Positions 26,407-39,218 of a DNA stretch of 64,000 nucleotides are shown here, piece after piece. Location of the stretch: assembly GCA_051294905.1 (NCBI GenBank), contig CM119373.1, positions 5,458,001 through 5,522,000 on the forward strand. The letters are read 5' to 3'. A program made the position numbers and the translations under genes. The notes under the pieces were generated by a model. The model worked only from the letters and a program-made list of their open reading frames with translations, made no database searches and was not told the DNA's origin. Position 1 is the stretch's first letter; each line of letters starts with the position of its first letter. This stretch comes from Botryllus schlosseri (lineage: Eukaryota).

Positions 26407-27555
26407 GCAATCACGGAGGAGAAAAAAAGTGGGTCCACACTAGATGACCTTACTATGAAGTCCGTATCGCATCTCCTTCGTCTAAGCATCTCGGTTGCGC
26501 AGGCGAAAATGAATACCATCTCTTTCTCTCTCACACACTGTGCAGCCTCATTTTGCCGCCCCCTTGGAGCCTGCCGCCCCTGGCGCAAAGTCAGAACCGC
26601 CAAGTGGCTGCTACGCCACTTGGTGAGTGGTTATTGATTTTGAACCGATGAACGAATATAGCGTTAAATATACGCGCAAGTAAGGCGCTGTATCGCTCAC
26701 ATGTATGTACAACTAATAAAATACGTAAGTAATTGCACAGCCTCAGTTTATAGTTACCAGTCAAAATTGAGAATAGAGAAACGAATTGATAAGATGCAAT
26801 ACAGTACCCTTTTGAAATTGATATGATACAATTCGAGCCTTCGCCAATTGTTGAGGACTATATAAACTATTTTCGAATTTAATTGCAATAAAACAAGAGG
26901 TTTGGTTAAGTTAAGAACACAGAACAGAAATAGACATTTTGCTATTAAATTACTTTACTATACTATAGTTTACGACAACGTAGACTGTAAGCTTCGCTGT
27001 AAGCTTCGATCACTTCGTTTGCGATCAATATATTTGTGAGAGAACAATGGAGGCTCAGTAAAACGCACGATCATTAAATGATTGGTCGCTCTCACGGGTT
27101 ACACCAGCGTTGCGCGAACAATCCGAACATCTGTAAGATACAGTGATTTTTATCGACACCGATTACTTGATGACTTGAAATTGACTCGTGGGATTTTGCT
27201 CCGAGTCACGAGTCAATTCACATTTCCGATACGCCGAGTCAAGTCAAGTCAAGTACTTTTAGTAAAGTGACACGAGTCAAGTCAAGTCATACGAAAAAGT
27301 GACTCGAGTCAAGTCCTGACTCGAGTCATCCCAACACTGTTTGTACATTTACGTACCAAATTATCGCCTTACTACCGTAAGCATCGAATTTTGAGAGTTG
27401 ACGAACTATACCGCTTCAAGTATCAAAAGTTATACAGAAATATTTTTTCAATAGTTTGCCTCGTGTTATGACGACACGATAGTCAGTTCACGACAATGTA
27501 AGTAACATACAACAGAACACAACATAACAATACAGCAGGACAGAAAAACAGCACA

Positions 27556-27735
27556 TTCAAAGCTCTTTCAGCGGAAGATCGTCGCAAGGAATCCATCCGT
27601 GACGCCTTCGTTACTGGTCTTCGATCAAACGCTATCAGACAGAGAATATTAGACAGTGACGGGGCTGTAGCCCTCGAATTGTCAGTTTCAAGAGCCCGAT
27701 CATCAGAATCCGCCCAGAGAAGCTCTATGGTACCT
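27556..27735 (+). mobile_element. Gypsy-type LTR retrotransposon gag fragment
   Basis: Translates ALSAEDRRKESIRDAFVTGLRSNAIRQRILDSD..ALELSVSRARSSESAQ. Confidence 0.7.
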
Positions 27736-27777
27736 ACTGAAACCAGTCTTGTACAAACTAATGGATTTTCACAAAGT

Positions 27778-27965
27778 GCAACTAGAACTAGAACTAGAAC
27801 TACTCAAATTTAAAACTCGCAACTACAACTACAACTAGAACTACCCGATTTTCAAAATCTGCAACTACAACTAGAAATAGAACTACCCAATTTCAAAAAT
27901 ATTAACTAGAACTAGAGCTAGAACTAGTCAATTTTCAAAATCGCAACTACAACTAGAATTAGAAC
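27778..27965. repeat. (ACTAGA/ACTACA)n hexamer array, probably a MITE subterminal repeat
   Basis: Directly visible tandem hexamers. Confidence 0.85.
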
Positions 27966-28135
27966 CAGGGTTGTAATGACTCGAGTCATTTTGATTCGAG
28001 ACTCAGACGGCCAACAGCGACATTTCATTGTAATTTCGAAGAATAGTAAAGCAAACACTCTATTGGGGCTTCGTCTATTGGTACTGGTACTTGAAAATGC
28101 GACCAAAAACTATTAAAAGTTAATAAATTGGTATT

Positions 28136-29434
28136 CAGAGGTGGTCAGTAACGAAGTACTTCTACTTTTTCGAAGTACTCAAGTAGTTTCCCTCTACTTC
28201 TGGTACTTACTCAAGTAGATCTGATTTTCGCTACTTCTACTTCTACTTCGTAATTTTTTGTGATCTACTTACTTACTTTTCGCTATTTTCAGTTTGTCAA
28301 GTAGAAGTAGTTTAATCCTTTAATCAGGAAGATAGCCTGAGGAATTTCGGGTCTGTTTTCACGGAGTATCAACATTTCATTTTCATAAAAGTTGAGTAAA
28401 GCCAAAAATTTTCGTCGCGCTACGCGCTCAGTGGATACGGAGTAGCCAGTATGATTTCACGAAAGTATCGGTGAATATAATTTGGGTAGCGGGTTGGCGT
28501 GGTTCCGTTCACACCGCATTGTCACCCTTTGCCCATATGGAATGTTTCACCGGAGTATATATGGCTCATCATAACGTTTGAAACTGATGTTTCGCAATCT
28601 ACCATTTACTTATCATATCGTAATCTAGCAGTCCATGGCATGTCCTAATCTGGAAAAGTGAACTCTGACTTTTTTAGTTTTAGAGCTGTTTTAGCATACC
28701 ACCTTTGAAACTTTCTTTCTTTAGACATGAAATACATATTCCGCTTTTAGAAGTAGTATTTAGGCTGTACTTGACTTTCTATTCCCAGTATCATACTTTG
28801 AGCTCAAATCAATATCAGTTATTTTGTCTCGATAACATGCCATGTTGAAGTATAAAAGCAAGTGTAGTAATGCCTTCAATTTCCGGAAATAAAGCTACAC
28901 AATATGGCATTTTCACGATCCACCATATTTTGTATTCACGCTTACTAATCGCGCAAAGTGCCTTCACCGCATCCTATACAACATCTCCGCATTGCACTTC
29001 GACTTCACCACTGGCCTTATAATATGGGGGAGGGCGCAATATCATGATATTTTCTAGAACGATTTCTAGTTCGATTAAATAGAGGATTAGTATCGCATTT
29101 CCATATCAATACTATCATTTTCATCCCATGATGCGGACGAATGCTTATGCTGTCGAAAATTGAATACCTCCTGGTATACATCAATATGAATCAAGGTACG
29201 CACCTTTCGCATTGCTCAATATGCACCTTTGGACAATCCATGTGAACGAATTACGATCGTTTTCACAACTACTTACTTACTTGAGTAGATTTAAAGTCAG
29301 TCAATTCTACTTCTACTTCAAGTAGTTTTAGGTTTCTTATGGAAGAAGTACTTCTACTCGTACTTGAGTAGATTTATTCGTCGCTACTTCTACTTCTACT
29401 TGAGTAGCTTTCTTGACTACTTTGACCACCTCTG
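28136..29434. mobile_element. MITE with ACTTCT-rich subtermini (partial relative at about 4057-4620)
   Basis: TIR CAGAGGTGGTCA / TGACCACCTCTG, TSD unclear. Confidence 0.75.
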
Positions 29435-30723
29435 TATATTATAAATGCGAACCACTCGATATCACCGAATAGGGTTATAACAGTGGGTTTAACAAGACTT
29501 TACCTGGAAAATGAGCAGTCAAATCAATGACTTGGACTCGAACCTCTGCTCGATGACTCGGACTCGGACTTGACTGGGGGGCGAATTGAAAATGACTCGA
29601 CTAAACTAACATTTCTTAAAGCCAGACTGTAGAGTCAAGTGTACCTGTTTGATGCAGGTGTGGTCAGTCTAGTTGACCTTCACGGTCGTATCGATCATTC
29701 CTATCTAATACCGAATACTGTGCAAGCATATTTTCTGTACCACCATCACTGCCGTCCGTTTTTATGTATTATGGTTGTATGAAAATAATGACTCTCTCCC
29801 TCTCTCTCTCGAACTTGCCTGCCGACGAATGCCGCATTGATTTTCATGGCTAGTTAGCGTAGTGAACCTGAATTTAATCCACTAAATCTGCCGTGAAACA
29901 TTCTACTTTATGGTGATATACTAAGATCTACGAAAAATGTGGCTGGTTTTGCGGTAACGCCACTGCGTCGGTATTGGTATTTCTATCATCAACATCCCAA
30001 ATTTCACGGTCAGGCTATTCAAGTTTTTGGTTGGGATTGTATGTTCACAATAAAGTACCAATTACCTCGGCTATACTCATTTTTGATGATAAAACGAATT
30101 TGGAAAATTATCTCGCGAAACATTGGAAGCCTGTTCGCGGGTAACAGTTCGGCCAGCCCTGACTTTGATTAACGAAGTAACATTTTCAAGATTTGTCACA
30201 TATTACAACATCCTGACGTGTTGCACGGAAAAAAAATTGCAGATTTGAAATCAGTGACCTCAAATTAGTGTAATTCAGTATTCAAAGTCAAAACCAAATT
30301 TTGTGCTGTATTTATGCCTTATAGCGCTAATTCAGCGATGTGATTTATAAAGTAAGCCCATATGCTTATTTCTTATCTCCGCAAAAAATACAATTCGGAA
30401 ATCGGTTAATCATTTCCGTGTATTTGATAAACGGCCGATGATACTTGATGAGAAGACCAAACTAACACTTGGCCATCACTAAAATAAGTTTAGCATCCTG
30501 AGTTTTGTTTTCTCGATGTTTGCTCATTCTTTATACCTTGCGACGTCATTTCAATATTGCGAGCTATATCTTATGAGTTTCCTGGTTTCGTAGCTGCGTA
30601 GAAAATCGCAATTAGGAAATCGGCAAATCATTTCCGTGCATTAAATAAACAAACTGTCGGCAATATCCAATGACCAATCATCATTTGAGATTCTTGCTAA
30701 ATCAGAGATGGCATTTGCCTGTG

Positions 30724-30765
30724 TGACTCAGCTGAAGTGGGTGGCATAACTTGTGAACCTATAAA
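30724..30765 (+). promoter_or_regulatory. Candidate FReD1 core promoter: AP-1 site TGACTCA plus TATAAA
   Basis: TGACTCA 30724-30730 and TATAAA 30760-30765, about 90 bp before the ATG. Both conserved at 35002-35008 and 35038-35043. Confidence 0.5.
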
Positions 30766-30854
30766 TTCACCAGCCCACCACCCACCATTTTAATAATGTC
30801 AGTAAGATACGCGCCGCCACGGCAGCTGGCATTGAATATCAGATTGTTTCTAAA

Positions 30855-32342
30855 ATGTCGCTCAAGATTTGGATTATTTTGCTGTTCGGATTCACGATAT
30901 ATCTTCGTTCATCAGGTACGATGAATTTGGATTCCGATTTGAATCGGATTGTAGTTTTTCTTTTCCAGCGAAATTCTGCGTGAGAAGATACGTCAACGGT
31001 AAATGGATCTCGAAGGGAGATTGCGGGGTTGTTATACGAGTGGCTCAAGGTTACCGCTGAAGGTTATGTTATGTGTACTTTTCATGAAGGGCTCGGGAAG
31101 CATCTCAGAGATGCAGAAAAAAATTCAACTCAAAATCAACGATGAGAAGAAAAAGTGCATCGCGGATAAGGAATGGACTGTTGAGTAGCATTTCAACTCT
31201 TTTTGATGCGGCGCAATTTCGATTCAATTGAATTCTTGTGGTACTGAATGCTGTTGCAGGTCTTCCAGCGACGAAAATACGGAAACGTGAATTTCAATCG
31301 AGGTTGGGATGATTACGTGAACGGATTCGGGGATTGTGATGCAGATTTGTGGCTAGGTAGGAAGATTTTTTAATTTGATTCGTTCAATTTGTAGGTTTTC
31401 GTCGATGTTATCTTGTTGGTTATGACAGGGATGGTGCGAATGTAAGGTGCACGTTCGCGTTATGTGTGTGAACCTCTGGAATTTTGATGTTCGCGTTCAC
31501 AAACTAACCTTGGTTCTGCGCAGTGAACCTTTTGCATGTAATACAATTTCCATGTTATTATAACGTATTTCGTTGAAATTCCTCGCATGACATCTTGAAA
31601 GACAGTCAGCACTAAGCGAGCATGCACCTTGCCTATTTCAAAAATGATTTGCTAGAAAGTCCGCTCGGAATATTCGTTGGTGAATCAGTAGAGGATATCT
31701 GTTGGGATCTTTGTCCGCAATCAGTTACTACATCAACGAAATAAATACAGAGAATGCATCGATGTCTGATGTAAAAATCTATCAGACACACGGGATCTAT
31801 CAAAGCTTATTCTTGCAAAGCAGTTTGATTCAAAACCAACGTATCCCATAACTCCGTATCGTCTGTCTCCAGGGCTCGAGGAATTGCATAACAGGACAAA
31901 GGAAGGAGATATGGAGTTGGAAATCAACATGATAACCAAAGATGAAGCAATCCATTGGACGGCAAAATACAGGCAAGTCTGAAGCAACGGTCTCTGTGAA
32001 AACATGCAACCAACAATTCTGTTTCCCAGCTCCTTCCGCATCGGACCCGGATCCGACAAGTACAGACTGCACGTCTCCGGATACTCCGGGAATGGAACCG
32101 GTGGAGATGCTTTCTCATATCTCAACAATCAACAATTCACGACGAAAGACGCGGACCACGATAATGCGGCGTCAGGGAATTGCGCTTCCCTATTCGAAGG
32201 AGGCTGGTGGTTTTACGACTGCGCCGCCGGCAACCTGAACGGAAACTTCAACAAAACAGACCATAAGGGGATCTATTGGAATGGTTCCTCCAACCTCCTG
32301 CGATTCTCGGAGATGAAGATCCGGAAAAGAGCAAGAAATTGA
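30855..32342 (+). CDS. Secreted fibrinogen-related protein FReD1 (6 exons, 239 aa): 30855-30915, 30969-31027, 31090-31179, 31260-31356, 31873-31972, 32030-32342
   Basis: Signal peptide [21 protein letters not shown]. Motifs [63 protein letters not shown]. All phases join. Confidence 0.9.
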
Positions 32343-32829
32343 CTCTTGTACATCTGTGACGTCACAGCGGCGTACGAATGCGGTGATCGATTTGCTAAAA
32401 ATTGCGAAAACAGGACAAAGGATCAAGGCTTCATAGTGCCATCTCGCGGTCGCACAGCAATCAAATGCTATAATAATCCCATAAAATCAACTATCTTCTG
32501 TCGCTTTGCTTTGTCCGAGATAGGGCCGAAAAAATTTGAAATTTTATCAAAAACTTGAGTTTTTTTAAGTTTTAAAAAAGGACCTTCAAAATTTGAAAAC
32601 TGGACATAAGTCTCTTTGATTCCACTGCGACGACAAGCTTACGCTACGTCCAGGCCAGACCGGACAATGTATTCCGAGTCTGGCTATTGCTACATTGATA
32701 TTGAGCAGAGTGTAAACGGTTTTCTATACTTTCTATACTCTATCCCCCCATTAACAAGTTATACAGCAGCCAACATCCCAATCGCACGGGTTTGGATTCC
32801 ATGATGCAATAGACAACTCTTGTTAGCGC

Positions 32830-33462
32830 GTGAGAGAGAGAGAGAGAGAGAGTCTTTATTTTCATCGAACCAAAATACATAACAAACGGCAGTGATGGTG
32901 TTACAGAAAATATGCGTGCACCGTATTCGGTATTAGATAGGAATGATCGATAAGACCGTAAAGGTCATCTAGTCTGATCACACCAGCATCAAACAGGTAC
33001 ACTTGACTCTGAACAGTCTGGCTGTAAAGAAATGTTTAGTTAAAGGAAAATAGAAAAAAAATTAAACAATGGTGGCAAATGATCAATGAAGCAATGTCTG
33101 GGCGAGGTAGGGCAACAGTGTTAGTGTAACGACAAGAGGTGATCAAGTAGGGCTTTTTTGAATCTATTATAAGGCAATTCACGGATATGTGGTGGTAATG
33201 CACTCCAGATGATAGGTCCCGAGTAGTCGATAGATCTCTTAGTTAGGTTGTTATTGGGTGGGGGTAAGTAGATGTTTCCTTTATACGAGGATCTCGTGTA
33301 ATGGGAATGGACATGTTTAGCAGGTATGAAAAAGTCATCAAACACAGTAGGCAGACTATTGGAAAAATATTTGTGAACAACTTTTGATACTTCGAAGCGA
33401 TATAGTTCATCAACTCGCAAAATTCGATGCTTACGGTAGTAAGGCGATAAATTGGTACGTAA
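32830..33462 (-). mobile_element. 3' end of a CR1/L2-group LINE (ORF2 tail, 3' UTR, AATAAA, (TC)n tail)
   Basis: HSHYTRSS..IYLP..SIDYSGPIIWSALP motif. Related + strand pieces at 27348-27450 and 29600-29810. Confidence 0.85.
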
Positions 33463-35134
33463 AGGTTAGGGTATTACCTTGTTTCGTGTGTATTTCTATT
33501 TAATTACTGATCGGTGTAATCGTCATTATCACTCGCGTTTTTCTTTCCCTATATATTCAATCGGTAGAACTGTTTTGTTGGTTACTTTGTAAGGACGGTT
33601 GAAGATTTGCGGTCAGGCATTGTTATAAATCCTACGTTTACTCTGCCCTTGCCTACTTTGTGTCATGATATATTCAATCATTGTAGTAAAGGACTGTGTT
33701 TGATTTATACCGGCGTTACCGACCGTCAAGATTAGACAGGCTTCTGCGCCTATAGTCGCCACACGAACATTTCGCGTGCCGCGCAGAAACAATAGACTCC
33801 CAAAACCTTGGCAGTCACTGAGTAGCCGGTGAAACGTTTTCACTAGGACAATAATTCAATGGAATTGCGCTATCAAGAGAGATGGGACTGCGATATTATG
33901 GCAGACTTATTGCTGGAGTCTAGACAAAGGAATTACAAAAGCCCAGCAATACAGAAAACCATCGAAGAGAAAATTTGTTGGTAATATTTTAATATTTTAC
34001 ACCTAAATAGGTTTGGAGTTTACCGATCTGGCATACCTACATGCATGAATTATATTCCATCCTCTCCGTGTATTTCATTGGTGTTGCGTCTCTGACTTTG
34101 CTTAACGCTCTCGTTTTGTGAAATCTCTCGTTGTTGTTGTTGTTATACCATTCTTACCTCACACTACCTCTTTCATCTTTACATTTCGAATTGCAATCTC
34201 CGTATTATACCGATGGCCACTACCGACGAGGGTCAGTTGAAAAGCTTATTGTGAATAAATTGCGATTATGAATGTGTTGTTCGTTGTAATATTCAAATTC
34301 TGTACCACAGGGAGCCTATTTGAATTATATTTGTGAATACATCTAGCTTCTCATAAACTTCAAGATATGGCGTAAATCCTGAGATAATTGTGTAGTAGAA
34401 TTTAAAATATTTTTACATTCTTTGACCAAAAATTTCAATATTATATTCCAGATTTGTCACATATCTCAAAATCCTGACGTGTTGCACGAATAAATAATTG
34501 CATATTTGAAATCAGCGACCTCAAATCAGTATAATTCAGTATTCAAAATCAAACAGTAAATTTTGTGTTATATATCCATTTTACTATTTATACCTTGTAG
34601 CTCTAATTCAATGCTCTGTGATATATAAAGTGAGTCCATATGCTTATTTCTTATCTCCGCAACAAATACAATTCGAAAAACGGTAAATCATTTCCGTACA
34701 TTTGATAAACGGTCGATGATACCCGATGAGGAGCCTAAACTAACACTTGCCCATCACTAAAATAAGTTTGGCATCCTGAGTTTTGTTTTCTCAACGTTTG
34801 CTCATTCTTTATACCTTGCCACGTCATTTCAATATTGTGAACTTTATCTTATGAGTTTCCTGGTTTCGTAGCTGCGTAGAAAATGGCATTTCGGAAATCT
34901 GCAAATCATTTCGGTGCATTAAATAAACAAACTGTCGGCAATATCCAATGACCAATCATCATTTGAGATTCTTACTAAATCAGAGATGGCATTTGCCTGT
35001 GTGACTCAGCTGAAGTGGGTCGCATAACTTGTGAACCTATAAATTCATCTATCCACCACCTATCATCTTATTAAGGTCAGTATAGGATACACGCCGCCAC
35101 GGCAGCTGGCATTGAATATCAGATTGCTTCTAAA

Positions 35135-36927
35135 ATGTCGCTCAAGATTTGGATTATTTTGCTGTTCGGATTCACGATCTACCTTCGTTCATCAGGTACG
35201 ATGAATTTGGATTACGATTTGAATCGAATTCTATTTTCTCTTTTGCAGCGAAATCCTGCATGAGAAGATACGTCAACGGTAAATGGATCTCGAACGGAGA
35301 TTGCGGGGTTGTTATACGAGTAGTTTAAGGTTACCGCTGAAGGTTATGTTCTGTGTACTTTTCATGAAGGGCTCGGGAAGGACCTCGGAGATGCAGAAGG
35401 AAATTCAACTCAAAATCAAAAATGAGAAGAAGAACTGCATTTCGGGCGAGGACTGGACAGTAAGTAGCATTCCAAAATTTTAAATATTTCGGATACAGCG
35501 CAATTTTCATTGTTAATTTCTTGTGTTGTTGAATGCTGTTTCAGGTTTTCCAGCGCAGAATAAACGGAAACGTTGATTTCTTCAGAGGTTGGGATGATTA
35601 CGTGAAAGGATTCGGGGATTGTGATGGAGATTTGTGGCTCGGTGGGAAGATTTTTCAATTTGATTCGTTCAATTTGTAGGTTTTCGTCGATGTTAGCTTC
35701 TTGGTTATGTCTGACTATAGGGTTGGTGTGAATGTAAGGTGCACGTTCGCGTTATGCGTGTGAACCTCTGGAATTTTGATGTTCGCGTTCACAAACTCAC
35801 CTTGGTTCTGGACAGTGAACATTTTGCAAATAATACATTTTCATGTTATTATCACGTATTTGGTTAAAATTCTTCGGACGACATCATGAAAAGAAATTCA
35901 GCACTAAGTGAGCATGCAGCTTGCATATTTCAAAAATGATTTGCTAGAAAGTCCGCTCGGAATATCCATCATTTCGTTTGTGAGTCTGCAGAGAATCTCT
36001 AATGTGATCTTTGTCCGCAATCAGTTATTACATCAACGAAATAAAGATAGAGAATGCATCGATGCCTGATGTAAAAAACAATCAGACATACGGGATCTAC
36101 CTTGGTTTGATATCTTTATCGTATCACAAAACCAAATCCTTCCTATATTGGGGTGTTGGCTACTGCATACCTTGTTTTTGAGATAATATCTTGCGGAACC
36201 AATGTTTCACAATGTTAAGTTGCCGAAGGCTTAAGAAATCGTTGGCGAATTTGCGATTTTGAGGAATTGTGATGGCATATTTGATTGTTCCTATTGATAT
36301 AATCAGGTGATCTTTAAAATGTCGGCGTTTACTTCAGCATTGTGGCATTACACGCTCCAAGTGATCGCTAGTCACCGAAGCAGTTTGATTTAAAAGCAAC
36401 ACCCCACCTAACTTCACATCGCTTGAACCAACACCTTCAATAATTTTGTAACGTTTGTCTCCAGGGCTCGAGGAATTGCATGAAAGGACAAAGGACGGAG
36501 ACATGGAAATGGAAATCAACATGATCAAGGAAGTTGACGGAGCTCGCTGGGTGGCAAAATACAGGCGAGTTTGGGGCAACGGTCGTTGTGAAAACATGCA
36601 ACCAACGATTCCTTTTCCAGCTCCTTCCGCATCGGGCCCGCATCCGGCAACTATAGACTGCACGTATCCGGATACTCCGGGAATGCGACCCGCGATGCTT
36701 TCTCACCTCACAGAAATCAACAATTCACAACGAAAGATGCGGATCACGACGTTCATTCGTCATTAAATTGCGCTACTTACCGCGAAGGAGCCTGGTGGTT
36801 TGCCGGGTGCGGCAACAGCAACCTTAACGGGAACTTCCACAAAACAGGCATCAAGGGAATTCACTGGTACACTGGCTCCTACATCAACCTGCGATTCTCG
36901 GAGATGAAGTTCCGCAAAAGATCGTAA
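35135..36927 (+). CDS. Secreted fibrinogen-related protein FReD2 (6 exons, 237 aa): 35135-35195, 35249-35307, 35370-35459, 35545-35641, 36465-36564, 36621-36927
   Basis: Tandem paralog of FReD1 with identical sizes for exons 1-5 and an open frame to TAA at 36925-36927. Confidence 0.9.
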
Positions 36928-37092
36928 ACGTGACGTCACAGCGACGTACGGATGCGTGGATTGGAACTTTATAGCGCCCTCTCGCGGTGATCGATTTGCG
37001 AAAGGTTACGAAAACAGGACAAAGTATCAACGCTTCATAGCGCCATCTCGCGGTCACACAGCAATCAAATGCTATAAAAATCCCATAAAATC

Positions 37093-37576
37093 AAATAACT
37101 TCCCTCCCACACTTCCGCTTTGCTTTGTCCGAGATAGGGCCGAACATAAATTGAAATTTTTTCAAAAACTTGCTTTTTTCTAGATTTGTAAATCGACCTT
37201 CATTCTTGATGTGTGATTACGAGCCACGCTCTCAGCAGAGAGTCACTAAATATTCTCGAGCTAACTTGTGCAACAAAGCAAGTGAAATTTTTCATGATTG
37301 GCAAGGTGCATGGTCGTGTTGCGTTGATTTTGCTATGGTAAATAACTTCCCTCCCACACTTCCGCTTTGCTTTGTCCGAGATAGGGCCGAACATAAATTG
37401 AAATTTCTTCAAAAACTTGCTTTTTTCAAGATTTGTAAATCGACCTTCATTCTTGATGTGTGATTACGGGCCACGCTCTCAGCAGAGAGTCACTAAATAT
37501 TCTCGAGCTAACTTGTGCAACAAAGCACGTGAAATTTTTCAAGATTGGCAAGGTGCATGTGTTGATTTTGCTATGT
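37093..37576. repeat. Two-copy tandem duplication, period about 247 bp
   Basis: Unit starting AAATAACTTCCCTCCCACAC at 37093 and 37340, nearly identical. Confidence 0.92.
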
Positions 37577-37638
37577 TACCAGCGCCATGCATAGAATGAT
37601 CCTGTAGTTGAAATGCAAAGAATTTAAACCAACTAGAG

Positions 37639-39218
37639 CAGTGGTTCCCAGCCTTTTTCATCTCGTGCCTCCCTTGGCCGAAGCTTGAGCCAAAATTCCC
37701 CCCTTAGGAGAAATCTGCCCGATGATTGAAAAAGGTCATTTTTTACCGCGCAATCACCTGTTTACCGAAGAATAAGATCGGAGGTACGGAGTGTCTGTTT
37801 CTAGCAGGGCTGTAACAATACTTTGTAGACCTCCGATAACAATGGTCTTGGTCACAATCAAACAAATTCTGGAAGGCTTGACTCAACAGACCCCCACCCT
37901 TCTATTTGTGTTTTCGGCTTATCATGCACTAATCGCTAATAAAACTGCTGTGAAAAATCAGTATGCATAAATTTGCTGGTCTCGCGATTTTTTCTAAAGT
38001 GTGCGTATGCATTTGGCCAATAATATTGGTATTTTCATGTATAGCAGGATTGACCACATTCGAGTTGCACTCGAGTCAGCATTTTCTGATGACTCGACTT
38101 GACTCGAGTCATTTTCTCAAAATAGGGAAACAACTCGACTCGACAAGAGACAATCTGTGTATTGACTCGACTTGGAGTCATTGTACATGACTCGAACCAA
38201 GCCATATGACTCGTGACTATAAGACGGCCAATACCGACATTTCATTGTAATTTCGAAGATCAGTAAAGTGGCCTTCCTATTGGAATTTCGTCTATCGGTC
38301 CTGGTACTTGGGAATGCGACAATAAACTGCCCAAAGTGAGGAAAATTAGTATATTATAAATCAAAATCATTCAATATCACCAAACAGAGTTATAAAGAGT
38401 GAGTTTAACAAGACTTTAACTGGAAACTGAGCAGTCAACACACGGAATTGGACTCGGACTCGAGTCATAATACCATAACTCGAACTCGACCCTATGCTCG
38501 GTGACTTGGACCGTCTGACTTGACTCAATGGTGAATTGAAAATGACTCGACTTGACTCGAGTCAAAACTATGAAAGTGAAATTGACTTGTGACTCGGAGC
38601 CTCGTGACTTGGTTACAGCGCTGATATATACCCTGATATATAACATACACGTGATCAGATTTCCTGCTTGAGCTCATTGAAATTTAGGACACTCATTCGG
38701 TTTCGGCAACATTGCGCCAAGTTTAACATGCATTTTTTCGATCGAGTAGCTGTTCACTAAAAATAAAGCAAGGCTAGTGATCTCTTTGACTTGAATCGAT
38801 GACGTTGGAATATTTTGTCACTTTATGAAAATGTTGACACGAAAATATAAGATAAATACTTCCGTTAGCGGCCTTGTTGTGATAGATTCGGCACGACATT
38901 TGCTCGCTTAGAATATATTTGATTGAGAGGCCGTCGCTGGCCTACAAAATTGTCTTGCGAACTGCAGCACATCTGAACTAGTTAAAAAAAACAAGGGCGA
39001 ACTTGTATGGGAGAAAGAGATTTCAAATAGCATTTGAACATACTTTCAGCAAAAAAACAGCTATAGACAGCATACGCTCTGATATAACTGGTTGCCAACA
39101 TGACAGTTCGGACATGGAACATTTTGGGCAATCCATTACAATTCTGAAGTGGAATTCCTCCCTAAAAATTGCAAAATTCCCCCGAAGGGGGGAATTCCTC
39201 CCGGGTTGGGAACCACTG
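37639..39218. mobile_element. Non-autonomous hAT, same family as 12125-13559
   Basis: TIR CAGTGGTTCCCA, 8-bp TSD AACTAGAG. Confidence 0.92.

Larger units (their letters stand above)
22760..26621 (-). mobile_element. Decayed hAT transposon with transposase remnants (ZMYM1-like type) and nested insertions
   Basis: TIR core TGGCGTAGCAGC, TSD GCTGAGTG/GGTGAGTG. hAT dimerisation-domain motif RSFSNIKLIKSYLRSTMNDDRLLALSILSIE at about 23050-23145. Confidence 0.85.
22485..27339. mobile_element. hAT-type MITE (GACTCGAGTCAAGTC-rich), left copy, interrupted by 22760-26621
   Basis: TIR CAGTGTTGGGAT. Colinear with 39890-40822 once the nested element is removed. Confidence 0.9.

Noticed and set aside
31733..32426. 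Overlapping alternative-frame and antisense ORFs on FReD exons (also 36334-36766)
   Set aside because: Shadows of GC-richer coding exons.
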